Assembly: GCA_046483985.1 (NCBI GenBank)
Contig: JAWOCD010000052.1
Coordinates: 1 to 64,000, forward strand
From: Promethearchaeia archaeon
GTDB lineage: Archaea > Asgardarchaeota > Lokiarchaeia > Sigyniarchaeales > SOKP01
DNA: 64,000 nt
Reading direction: 5' to 3'
Under the pieces are notes generated by a model, which had not been told where the DNA came from, did not search any database, and saw only the letters and a program-made list of their open reading frames with translations. Made by a program: the position numbers and the translations under genes. This document shows, piece by piece, positions 27,335-36,674 of this stretch (the first letter of the stretch is position 1; every line of letters starts with the position of its first letter).

Positions 27335-28555
27335 TTACTCTGGTTGTTTTTCTCGTAATGCTTTAACCAAGGGAACATCTTTTCCTGAGAGGATTTCCAG
27401 CATCGCACCGCCACCCGTGGAGATAAAGGAGACGTCATTGTCATAACCACCCATAGTTGCGGCAGTGCCCATCTCTCCTCCTCCTATCACAGAAAGAGCA
27501 TCATTTTCCTTGGTCGCTTTTCCCATAACTTCAGCCATCTTGAAGGTTCCCTTGCGAAAAACCTTTTTCTCAAAGATGCCTGGTGGCCCGTTTGCAATGA
27601 TGGTTTTGCATTTCATCATGATTTCTTCGAAGCTATCCATAGTCTTATCGCCGATATCTCCCGTGACCTCATCATATTCTCCTAACTCATCCATACCGAT
27701 GGCTTTTCTCTCTCCATTCTCTTCAATAATCAAATCCTTCGGGAGTAAAATTTTGTCCTTATATTTATTATATACTCGCTCAATGTTATCTTCTCCCTCC
27801 TCTAGGTCCTCTTTAATCGCTTCCCGATTAGGTTCTCCGGTGTCTGTTCCAATCCCTTCGAGGATGAGCACCGCTGTTAATCCCGCGCATAAGGCATAAT
27901 CGATTCTATCGTTTTCTAAATTATATTTCATTGCTTTAAATTTATCTATGGCTTTAGCTCCGCCAATGAGCATTGCCATCGGCCTTTGCGGATCCTCTAA
28001 AATTTTGCTCATATATTCAAGTTCCCTCTCTACAATTGGACCCGCGACCAGAGTTGGCCAACCAATAATGGAAGGCTGAGCTCGATGGGCGGCTCCAAAA
28101 GCCTCAGCAATAAAGTAATCAAATAAAGGCGCCAAGGTTTGGATCATTTCTGTCTCTTGAGCTTTTGAAAAGTCATCAAAAATGGTCAATTCATTGTCCC
28201 ATTTCCGAACGTTATCCAATACTAAGACTTCTCCTGCTTGAAGATCTTCAATTGCGTGTACAGCTTCATCCCCGAAAATATCGTCCACATACTTTACAGG
28301 ACGATCCAACAATTCTTTAATTTTATTGGCATGCATTTCCAGTGACGTAAAATCCTTACGGCCAGGTCTGGACTGATGTGCCATTACCACTACAGCAGAA
28401 TCCTCTAATTCTTCCAAGGACGGAATAATTGCTTGAATCCTTGGCGAGCCCCGCAATTTATTATTCTCGACATCAATGTTCGAGTTAATGTCGACTCTCA
28501 TCAGAACCTTTTTTCCTTCTAAATCCACATCTTTATAGGATGTATACTCAAACAT
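27335..28555 (-). CDS. pgk: Phosphoglycerate kinase
   Basis: RVDIN, HQSRP, AFGAAHR, GGAK and ISTGGGA motifs. Confidence 0.95.
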   Translation of the reverse strand: MFEYTSYKDVDLEGKKVLMRVDINSNIDVENNKLRGSPRIQAIIPSLEELEDSAVVVMAHQSRPGRKDFTSLEMHANKIKELLDRPVKYVDDIFGDEAVHAIEDLQAGEVLVLDNVRKWDNELTIFDDFSKAQETEMIQTLAPLFDYFIAEAFGAAHRAQPSIIGWPTLVAGPIVERELEYMSKILEDPQRPMAMLIGGAKAIDKFKAMKYNLENDRIDYALCAGLTAVLILEGIGTDTGEPNREAIKEDLEEGEDNIERVYNKYKDKILLPKDLIIEENGERKAIGMDELGEYDEVTGDIGDKTMDSFEEIMMKCKTIIANGPPGIFEKKVFRKGTFKMAEVMGKATKENDALSVIGGGEMGTAATMGGYDNDVSFISTGGGAMLEILSGKDVPLVKALREKQPE

Positions 28556-28744
28556 CTTGATTTCTCACTTTTTATAATTGGTTTGTTTTTTATATTAAAC
28601 GTTACATCAAATAATAATCATCCATAATTATTATTAATAATCTTCTCTAATTTGTTGAATTTCATTTCAATATTTCATAATATTTCATATAAGATAAATA
28701 ACAAATATGAGAGAAAATTAATTTATTTAATAGTTGATTGAACA

Positions 28745-31429
28745 ATGGAATATCAATTAAAAGCTTTAGTAATAGATAATTTACGCGAGCTGAAAGAATT
28801 TTATGTAGAAAAACCGATTCTGATTCCTCGTCCGAAAGAATTACATTTTAAGAAATCGAAAAAGCAAAATGCATATATCTTATCCGCTGACGTGAATATA
28901 TCTTTCATTCGCGTCACAGATAAAGACCTTATTTTAAATGACTTAAATAAGGCATTGGGAGAATTTTGTAGCATCAAGGTAGAGGAATCACCTCCGGATT
29001 CTGAGGATTTAGAATTTTTTGAAACTAAGAACGTATGGGATCTCTTAGACGTGAACGGGCTGGGGGCGTATAATTTGGAGATACAAGAAAATAAGATATG
29101 CATTTATAGTACCTTTGAAAGGGGTCTATTTTACGGTGTTCAGACCCTAATTCAATTAGCAAAAAATGCTTTCCTCACTTCAAATATCATGGACCAAGAG
29201 AAAGAAGAGAGAGATCAATTAATCCTTCCAGAAATTTATATAAAAGATACCCCTGATCTTAAAATACGAGGAGTCACGGACGACATTTCCCGGGGACAGA
29301 TAATTTCCGTGGAAAGTGCAAAACGCTATATTAAACTTCTCAGCCATTATAAAATGAATTTCTATTTCATTTACATTGAGGACGTGTTTGCACATCCGAA
29401 GCATCCCGAAATAGGCAAAGACAGAGGGGCGCTAAGTATCGAGGAGATAAGAGAGATCGATAAATTTGCCAAACAGCGATATGTGGAGTTTGTCCCTATT
29501 TTTGAGTGTTTAGGACATGTTGATAATATCTTAATGCACGAAAAATATCGCGATCTTGGAGAATTTCCAGGTGCCCAATGTTTAAATGTTTCGAATCCCG
29601 ATATCTTTGACTTTTTAGAAGATTATGTGGGAAAGTTAAGTGAGATTTTCTCAACAGAATATTTCCATCTGGGCTTGGATGAGACTTTTGATTTAGGGAA
29701 ATATCATTCAAAAGAGATGATGGAAAAGGAGGGAGAAGAGAGGGTGGTAACTGAATATTATAATGAGTTATATGAGTTGGCAGCGGACCATGGAAATCGA
29801 CATATTATTATGTACGATGATATTGTCAGAAACAATGATGATATCCTTGAAAATCTTAATAAAGATATGATCTTAATGTACTGGAATTATTCCCCCCAAG
29901 ATAAATATCCCAAGGTTCGGGATTTACTTGACGCTCACCATCGTGTTATTGTTAGCCCCTCAATGCTGAATTGGGAGAGAAATTTTCCCGATAATAAGAA
30001 TGCTAGTAAAAATATTATTAATTTAACTAAAGAAGCCTATTCCAACAGAAATAATGGATGTCTGGGAGTATTAACATCCGCGTGGGGAGACCAAAGATAT
30101 TACTCGCTACGGGAAAATGAAATTTTTGGGGCAGTTTTAACGGCAGGAGTTAGTTGGAATTCCCCAGAATTTAATTATAACGAATTTAAAGACAAATTTG
30201 GTTTTCTTTTTTATGGGTTCACCGATGAAGCCACTCAAAAATTTACCAAAATGTTCACACTTTTATCCAGTTCATCAGAGGAAATTTACCGTTTGGGAAA
30301 AATCATTCAACCTCTTTTCTATACTTACTTTTTCAAACATCCTTTTCCGAAAAAGGATTACAGTCCAACATTTAAGGGATATGAAGAACTTGGCGCTTTA
30401 GCCGAAGAAACGTTAGAAAACTATTCAGAACTAGAATCTGAAGTGCTTTTTGAAAAGGAAAACTTCGAATATATCGAATTTGGAGCTGAATTGGCAAAAT
30501 ATCTAAAGGATAAGATAGAAATTTCATTAGAAGTTTCCAAATTATTAGCAGAACCAGAATTGATAAAAGATGAGGATATTGACAAGGCGCTTGAGCGATT
30601 AAAATATGTTCAAGAAAAAATGAGATATTTAATGGTCCGCTATGAGCTTCTCTGGACGAGAAGTGCTAAGCGCCCTTGTTTAGATGCGAACTTAGAGCTG
30701 TTTGAATTTCTTATAAAATGTTACGATGAAAAAATAAACCAACTAAAAGATAAAATCTATTTTCAAGATCCTTATTTGCCTTCAGAATGGATTTGGGCTA
30801 AAGAGAAAACCTGCCCTCCTCAACCCCGTTTTCTTAAAAAGAGGATCGAGATTGAGGATTCAATTGAAAAGGGAGTCCTTCAAGCGATTTGCTGTAATCA
30901 AGGTTTAATTTATATTAATGGGGAATTGGTTGGTGAGGGATTAAGTCGATTCTCGCTATCTATTTTACCGATTCTAAAACGCGTGAAAATATTCGATATA
31001 ACCAAACAGCTCAAGAAAGGAAAAAATGTGATAGCGGTTGAGGCATACAATTATGAAGGATATAAACCAGCCATTAATATTTATGGTCAAATTAAATTGA
31101 AAAATGGCGAGATGCAAGAGATCATTTCCGATGAGACATGGTTGAGTAATAAAAACGAAGAATATCGGAATACAAATTGGACATTCTTAGATTATGACAT
31201 TTCGGAGTGGGATGATGTCAAATCATACGGAAGACCACCGAGTTTAAACGGAGATATTTACAAACCCGATTTGCTCAATGGTGAGAAGTCCCAGACCATG
31301 GATTATTTTGGAATTGAAAGCTACGCCTACAATATGGCATCTAGTTTTTACGGTAAATTCACGGCAAAATATCTTATCCGCCCGTTCATTCGTTTAGCCA
31401 AAAAAATCTTAAAACCATTTGGGAAATAA
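28745..31429 (+). CDS. GH20-family beta-N-acetylhexosaminidase-like glycosidase with C-terminal beta-sandwich domain
   Basis: GLFYGVQTL, D.P....RG...DISRG, LGH and the HLGLDE catalytic pair; no signal peptide. Confidence 0.85.
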   Translation: MEYQLKALVIDNLRELKEFYVEKPILIPRPKELHFKKSKKQNAYILSADVNISFIRVTDKDLILNDLNKALGEFCSIKVEESPPDSEDLEFFETKNVWDLLDVNGLGAYNLEIQENKICIYSTFERGLFYGVQTLIQLAKNAFLTSNIMDQEKEERDQLILPEIYIKDTPDLKIRGVTDDISRGQIISVESAKRYIKLLSHYKMNFYFIYIEDVFAHPKHPEIGKDRGALSIEEIREIDKFAKQRYVEFVPIFECLGHVDNILMHEKYRDLGEFPGAQCLNVSNPDIFDFLEDYVGKLSEIFSTEYFHLGLDETFDLGKYHSKEMMEKEGEERVVTEYYNELYELAADHGNRHIIMYDDIVRNNDDILENLNKDMILMYWNYSPQDKYPKVRDLLDAHHRVIVSPSMLNWERNFPDNKNASKNIINLTKEAYSNRNNGCLGVLTSAWGDQRYYSLRENEIFGAVLTAGVSWNSPEFNYNEFKDKFGFLFYGFTDEATQKFTKMFTLLSSSSEEIYRLGKIIQPLFYTYFFKHPFPKKDYSPTFKGYEELGALAEETLENYSELESEVLFEKENFEYIEFGAELAKYLKDKIEISLEVSKLLAEPELIKDEDIDKALERLKYVQEKMRYLMVRYELLWTRSAKRPCLDANLELFEFLIKCYDEKINQLKDKIYFQDPYLPSEWIWAKEKTCPPQPRFLKKRIEIEDSIEKGVLQAICCNQGLIYINGELVGEGLSRFSLSILPILKRVKIFDITKQLKKGKNVIAVEAYNYEGYKPAINIYGQIKLKNGEMQEIISDETWLSNKNEEYRNTNWTFLDYDISEWDDVKSYGRPPSLNGDIYKPDLLNGEKSQTMDYFGIESYAYNMASSFYGKFTAKYLIRPFIRLAKKILKPFGK

Positions 31430-31431
31430 AA

Positions 31432-32211
31432 ATGCGCGAGATTAGGGAAATCTTGAATAAATTACTGAACGGAGAGTTGGATATAGATAATGCCACTAAA
31501 TTCCTTAAAGCAGAATTAATCGAGAATGTGGGAAATCTCGCTCAACTTGATATTTTTCGAAAAGTCAGAACTGGTATTCCTGAAGTCATATATGCTGAGA
31601 AAAAGGATAAGGAGTTATTAATCGATATCATTGATAAATTCTTAACCAATAATCGCTTCGCTGTAGTTTCGCGTTACTCTAAACCACAAAAAGATTTAAT
31701 ATTAGATAATTTTTCCGATAATTCAAACTTAGAGATAGAAGAAAATGAACTAGGGAAAATACTGCTTATCAAGGAAAAATCCTATGAGTTCCCCAAAAAG
31801 GAGGGGCGGGTGGGACTAATTACAGCCGGAAGCTCGGATATTTCGGTTGCAGAAGAGGCTTATACCATTCTGAAGGTTATGGGGTGTTCTATTTTTAAGA
31901 GTTATGATGTGGGCATAGCGGGTATCCATCGTATATTTAAACCGTTAAGTCAAATGATCCAAGATAATGTACATGTGATTATCGTCTGTGCTGGTATGGA
32001 AGGTACCCTTCCCGGTGTTGTTGCCGCATTGGTAGACGTTCCCGTGATTGGTGTGCCAGTTTCCTCTGGTTACGGTTTAGGCGAGAAAGGCAAAGGAGCT
32101 CTAACGACAATGCTTCAATCTTGCAGTCCTGGACTTCTTATTGTAAATATCGACAATGGATTTGGTGCGGGAGCTTCAGCAGCATTAATTGCCAATAAAA
32201 TGCCCCCATAA
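31432..32211 (+). CDS. larB: Nickel-pincer nucleotide biosynthesis protein LarB
   Basis: RTGIPEVIY..K, AGSSD..VAEEA, DVGIAGIHR, AGMEGTLP, PVSSGYG and VNIDNGFGA. Confidence 0.95.
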   Translation: MREIREILNKLLNGELDIDNATKFLKAELIENVGNLAQLDIFRKVRTGIPEVIYAEKKDKELLIDIIDKFLTNNRFAVVSRYSKPQKDLILDNFSDNSNLEIEENELGKILLIKEKSYEFPKKEGRVGLITAGSSDISVAEEAYTILKVMGCSIFKSYDVGIAGIHRIFKPLSQMIQDNVHVIIVCAGMEGTLPGVVAALVDVPVIGVPVSSGYGLGEKGKGALTTMLQSCSPGLLIVNIDNGFGAGASAALIANKMPP

Positions 32212-32347
32212 TTTTAGCGTTTTTTTCCTTTACTTAAATAAATATTTAATTGAATTAAAAGTTCCTTAACATATATATAGGTAAATTGGTAATATTTTAT
32301 TATAGATTTTTAAAAAATAATTTGATTCTAAATTAAAGAAAAGCGAG

Positions 32348-32884
32348 TTGACCGATATGGTCGCTACAATACAAAATCCCTATTTTAAAAAATCAAAAAC
32401 TGCTTTTGAAAACGGTGATTTATCAAACTCTCTTAATTTTTTTGAGAAATCAATATCAGAGATTGATAAATCAGAAGATCCAAGCAAATATATAAACTTT
32501 TTGAAGGAATTACTACAATATTGTGAAGGACATAATCTCGTTGAAGTGCAAGCCGTGGTTCTAAGATTCTTGGGAAGGGTTAAGCTCCAATTTGGAAAAT
32601 ATGTGGATAGTTTAGATTTCCATAGGAAATCGTTAAAGATTCAGAGAAAATTGGGTAAAAAGCTAGAGATAGCAAACCAGTTGTTATTCTTGGGGGAGGA
32701 TTTAGAACTATTAGAGCGATACGAGGAGAGTATAAAAAGCTTAAAAAGCGCAGCCGAGATTTTTAAGGAACTGGGAAAACACAAAAAAACCGAAGAGATT
32801 CAAAATGAAATCGAACGGATAAAGGATTTCTCAAAAAAAATGCTAGAAGATGAGTATTTACTGAACAAATTCATTCACTCGTAA
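32348..32884 (+). CDS. TPR-repeat protein
   Basis: Helical repeats LGRV...G.Y..SL..H.KSL.I; start may be the ATG three codons downstream. Confidence 0.75.
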   Translation: MTDMVATIQNPYFKKSKTAFENGDLSNSLNFFEKSISEIDKSEDPSKYINFLKELLQYCEGHNLVEVQAVVLRFLGRVKLQFGKYVDSLDFHRKSLKIQRKLGKKLEIANQLLFLGEDLELLERYEESIKSLKSAAEIFKELGKHKKTEEIQNEIERIKDFSKKMLEDEYLLNKFIHS

Positions 32885-32948
32885 ATGCTCTTTTTTTCTT
32901 ATCCTTTCTTTCTTTCTTTTCCTTTTATTTATCTTGATATCCTTTTTC

Positions 32949-34226
32949 CTAAAAAAACTTTTTACTTATATGTTCCATTATCTTAATCCTCACTTTTCGT
33001 ACCGGCTCTTTCGTTTTAATGCTTATTTCGTATAAATCATCGTATTCCGGCTTAACATTCACAATTTTTTGGGCTTTCCCTTCACCTATATAAGAGATTT
33101 TGCATCGAATTTTAAACTTTTTTCCTTTCCAAGGAATCTCAAGAGTGTCTATTTTTCTCTCTACGCAAATACGTTGGATGGTCTCATATCGGACGCCTAA
33201 AGTTCCCAGTTCATTTATCATCCATTCAATCAATTCAAATTGATCAACTGGATCACACAATACTTGTATTTGATGGGCAGTTCTATTTTTTTTAGTCATA
33301 CTTGGGATAACTTGGATATCTAAGACCCTATCCTCTGGATAACTTGAGAGAACATCTCCGATTAATTCACCTGGCACATCATCAATGTTTGTGGTTAGCA
33401 TAGTAATCGGCTGCGAATATTTCTTTAATGAATGGGACTCTGACTTTGAACTCTTTCGTTTACTCGTTCCTAAAAAGACACGAACCGTATTTAAAAATTC
33501 CTTAAACGTCTTTTGACCACATCCATAACCGATATTGAGTATTTTCATGGCCGGAAGAAATGATGCAACGATTGGTTTCAAGTTTACAATTAATGCGGCA
33601 CCCGTGGGAGTTAAGAGCTCACTTTGTACGGGGCCACCTCTTGTTTCTATTTCGGATTTCTTAAGAATCTCTGCAGTGGCTGGAGCGGGAATCGGTAATG
33701 TTCCGTGTGCTGTTTCAATCTTTCCACCACCGAGAGGAATTTCACTACAATAAACTTGACAATCCTCCGAAAATATTTTGAGTGTATCAAGTGCCATGGC
33801 GGCTCCCATAATATCTAATAAGGTATCCACTGAGCTCAATTCGTGTAAATGAATATTTTTCTTTACCGCCTTATGCACGGATAATTCTGCTTCAATCAAG
33901 GTATCCAATACCGAGCGGGCATATTTATTGGCGCCTTCCGAAAGACTTGTTTGCTCCAAAAACTCGGTTAAGGCAGTTCTTAACGTTTCGACCTTCCGGT
34001 GCTCCTTACCCTCCTTTATGTTAATATTTAATTGATTCACATTTACGCCCGAACGAGGAACTGTTTGCTGATTTATTTCCAATTTCTGAACACCGGGTAA
34101 AATATCTTTCAAATTTGTCAATTGAGATAAAATATCCTCGGACTTCTCAACTAATTTTAAGAGGCTTGCTAAGAACATATCACCTGAAAGTCCCGAATTT
34201 TTTGCATCAATGTACAGCTTTATCAT
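32949..34226 (-). CDS. larC: Nickel-pincer cofactor nickel insertase LarC
   Basis: SGLSGDMFL, HLHELSSVDT, AHGTLPIPAPAT, ELLTPTGAA, TNIDD, MTKKNR, GTLGVR and KPEYDD. Confidence 0.93.
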   Translation of the reverse strand: MIKLYIDAKNSGLSGDMFLASLLKLVEKSEDILSQLTNLKDILPGVQKLEINQQTVPRSGVNVNQLNINIKEGKEHRKVETLRTALTEFLEQTSLSEGANKYARSVLDTLIEAELSVHKAVKKNIHLHELSSVDTLLDIMGAAMALDTLKIFSEDCQVYCSEIPLGGGKIETAHGTLPIPAPATAEILKKSEIETRGGPVQSELLTPTGAALIVNLKPIVASFLPAMKILNIGYGCGQKTFKEFLNTVRVFLGTSKRKSSKSESHSLKKYSQPITMLTTNIDDVPGELIGDVLSSYPEDRVLDIQVIPSMTKKNRTAHQIQVLCDPVDQFELIEWMINELGTLGVRYETIQRICVERKIDTLEIPWKGKKFKIRCKISYIGEGKAQKIVNVKPEYDDLYEISIKTKEPVRKVRIKIMEHISKKFF

Positions 34227-34374
34227 AATAACCTTCTCTAATCTTTTTATTTATATCTGAACATTTATAGAAATACTTAATTTTAAGTATTACTATATTC
34301 TTCTAAGAAGTATAAAAGATTATTAAGCAATAAAATTTTTAATTAAAATGTAAATTTTTGAAGAGATAGTAGAT

Positions 34375-35109
34375 ATGAGTGAATTTGAAAACTTCAAATG
34401 CTATTTAAACCAGCTTCCAGCCACTTTCATCAAACTATTGGGTTTGGAACCCCCAACGGATAAAATACCCGAACCTGTTGATAGAATCGTTGCAGAATAT
34501 GAGGGGATTAATCGAATTGTAATCAATATGGTTGATAATTTTGGATTATTTGAAGTGACCTATATGAAGCCTAAATTCATGATCACGAATTCCGAGATTA
34601 TGGCGTTATTATCAACCAAAAATCCATATACATTAGGGGTGTTCCACCAAATCATGTACGGAGGGTTTGAGACAGATCCAAACGGCTTTCACCTCCTTCG
34701 GTTTCTTAACGAGCATGAAAAAAAGTCTGTGTTTATTGCCCGTGAGAAAGATCTTGAACGTTATGATGGGGGGACTAAATCTATAGCAAAAAACACGGAC
34801 ATGTCCACGTGGGTAGAATCTGCGAAGGCAATTAATAATTTTGACCTGTCTTGGATGCATTATTTGGATTTTGAGAATTTACACAAGCAACAACAGCGGT
34901 TAAAACGGCAAACTCCCGAGGATTTGATCCAGAAATTAATAAAAAGAACCGATAAGTGGATTTTAAGCAATTATAAACAATTACGGAAAAATTCTTTGAT
35001 GATTATTTTAGGCGATCACGGCAGATCAAAAATGGATTTGGAATATTCTGGAAAAATCGCGCAATGGCGGGAAGCAAGTGTGCCCATAGCCATCTTTATG
35101 AGAAAATAA
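34375..35109 (+). CDS. Minimal alkaline-phosphatase-superfamily protein
   Basis: VINMVDNFG, YLDFENLH and IILGDHG metal-site-like motifs. Confidence 0.6.
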   Translation: MSEFENFKCYLNQLPATFIKLLGLEPPTDKIPEPVDRIVAEYEGINRIVINMVDNFGLFEVTYMKPKFMITNSEIMALLSTKNPYTLGVFHQIMYGGFETDPNGFHLLRFLNEHEKKSVFIAREKDLERYDGGTKSIAKNTDMSTWVESAKAINNFDLSWMHYLDFENLHKQQQRLKRQTPEDLIQKLIKRTDKWILSNYKQLRKNSLMIILGDHGRSKMDLEYSGKIAQWREASVPIAIFMRK

Positions 35110-35170
35110 CCTTCCATATCTTCTATCAAATTTCTGTATATTAAAATAACAAAATAATAGGCAAGATCTT

Positions 35171-35746
35171 ATGAGTGATGAAGAATATAAGAGATTTACG
35201 GTTTCCTTGCCCCAAGATTTATTTACCAAGTTTGAAGAATTTCGAAAAAATTTAGATGTATCTCGTTCTGACGCGATTAGAAAGGCAATGAAAGCTTATA
35301 TGGTGTCAGAAGAAAATATCGATATTACTTCTGGAGATGTAGTGGGCTGTATTGCAATGATTATGACCCATGAACATATTGAACCCCAAAAAAAAGATAC
35401 AACAACTGAGCAAAAAGCAACCGAGGAGGAACACTCACACGAAAATGGAGAAACTGATACGCATAGCCACGGAGAAGGAGAAGATCATGAACATTTCCAT
35501 GAGTTTACGTCTCATCCTCTTTATGCAAATGTGCACCAAACTGATATGCTTTTAAATAATGATATTCAACATCATTTCGGAGATGTCATTATTTCTAAAA
35601 TGCATATCCATTTACAATTTAATAAATGTCTGGAAATTATTGCGGTTTCAGGTCCTTATGAGCGGGTTAAAATACTGAAGAACAATCTACAAAGGTTAAC
35701 ATCGGTCCGTTCTATTAATTTTTTTATAGTTGACAAGAAGAAATAA
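35171..35746 (+). CDS. nikR: NikR-like nickel-responsive RHH regulator with His/Glu-rich insertion
   Basis: RFTVSLP..L...F...SRSDAIRKA (RHH domain) and QHH...MHIH.....CLE nickel-ligand pattern. Confidence 0.85.
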   Translation: MSDEEYKRFTVSLPQDLFTKFEEFRKNLDVSRSDAIRKAMKAYMVSEENIDITSGDVVGCIAMIMTHEHIEPQKKDTTTEQKATEEEHSHENGETDTHSHGEGEDHEHFHEFTSHPLYANVHQTDMLLNNDIQHHFGDVIISKMHIHLQFNKCLEIIAVSGPYERVKILKNNLQRLTSVRSINFFIVDKKK

Positions 35747-36088
35747 GATGATAAGATTCTTTTTTTTCTCCTTCTAAAATTCCTTACCTTATTTTGATAA
35801 TGGGAAAAAGAAAGAGAAGGAAATAGGATGAATAAAGATTTCTATAATTTTAAAAAGAGTTTGATAAGGCGATTGTGTTTGAAATCTTTATCCATACTTA
35901 AATCAAATGAGGTTGTGTGTGTAGTATATGTTATAATTATTAGTCAATGAATATAAAAAGGAAGACTCAGTTGAATTTGTAATTTATTTTAGAATCTTGA
36001 AGGTGAAAAAAGAAAAGTAAAAATTAGAAAATAAAAAAAATTCTGGGTTAAGTTAACTTCTTGTTAATTGATTGGTTTAATTCATAAC

Positions 36089-36286
36089 TTAGATATCTTT
36101 TTCTTGGACTGTTTTTCTCTTATTTGCTTTTGTTCTCGCGATTGCTTTATCTAATAATTCAATAATAGCATTATTTAGAGAATCTCCATCCAAGACAGCT
36201 CCACTTGTATTACAACCCTTTTGCTTGATATACTCGCGAACTTTACTTTTGACGAATAAGGTATCTACATCCTTTTTCTTAGCCAT
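36089..36286 (-). CDS. Histone-fold protein with truncated alpha3 (face-to-face/bacterial-type histone)
   Basis: LFVKSKVREYIK..G.NTS....LN.....LLDKA..R.KANKRKTV..KDI, ending right after the RKTV...D clamp. Confidence 0.85.
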   Translation of the reverse strand: MAKKKDVDTLFVKSKVREYIKQKGCNTSGAVLDGDSLNNAIIELLDKAIARTKANKRKTVQEKDI

Positions 36287-36674
36287 TTTCAATTCCTCCT
36301 TTATATTTTTAAAATAATATTAATATTTTTTTTTAAATTTAAGTATTGATTAGTTAAGCTTATTTTTAAACCTTTGGGATAAAGTCATCATGAATGATGA
36401 ATAAATTGAATCTAAAAACAATTTTTCTTTTCCCAAAATTTACCCTTAAGAACCGATAGAAACGGAAAATTTATCTATCCCCCTTAAGAGCATTGAACTT
36501 CCTTTAAACGAGATATGAAAGTCAAAACCGTGAATAAATGGTTCCCAAACGCAAATCTCTTTAGGTCCCCCTAACATCAAGAGTTCCATTTAAGTCAAGG
36601 AGAATTTTTAAATTTTCCAATATAATTTAACTTAGAGTATTCTAAAACTTAACTCTTGAACTTCGAATAGTACA

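Noticed and set aside
34227-34374. Possible NikR operator (GTATTA... and CTTCT-A-AGAAG palindrome) in the larC divergent region
   Set aside because: The symmetry is short and the region very AT-rich, so it cannot be distinguished from background.
36300-36670. Long intergenic region upstream of the histone with a repeated CCCTTAAG, as a possible ncRNA
   Set aside because: No convincing stable stem structure or known RNA motif was recognised.
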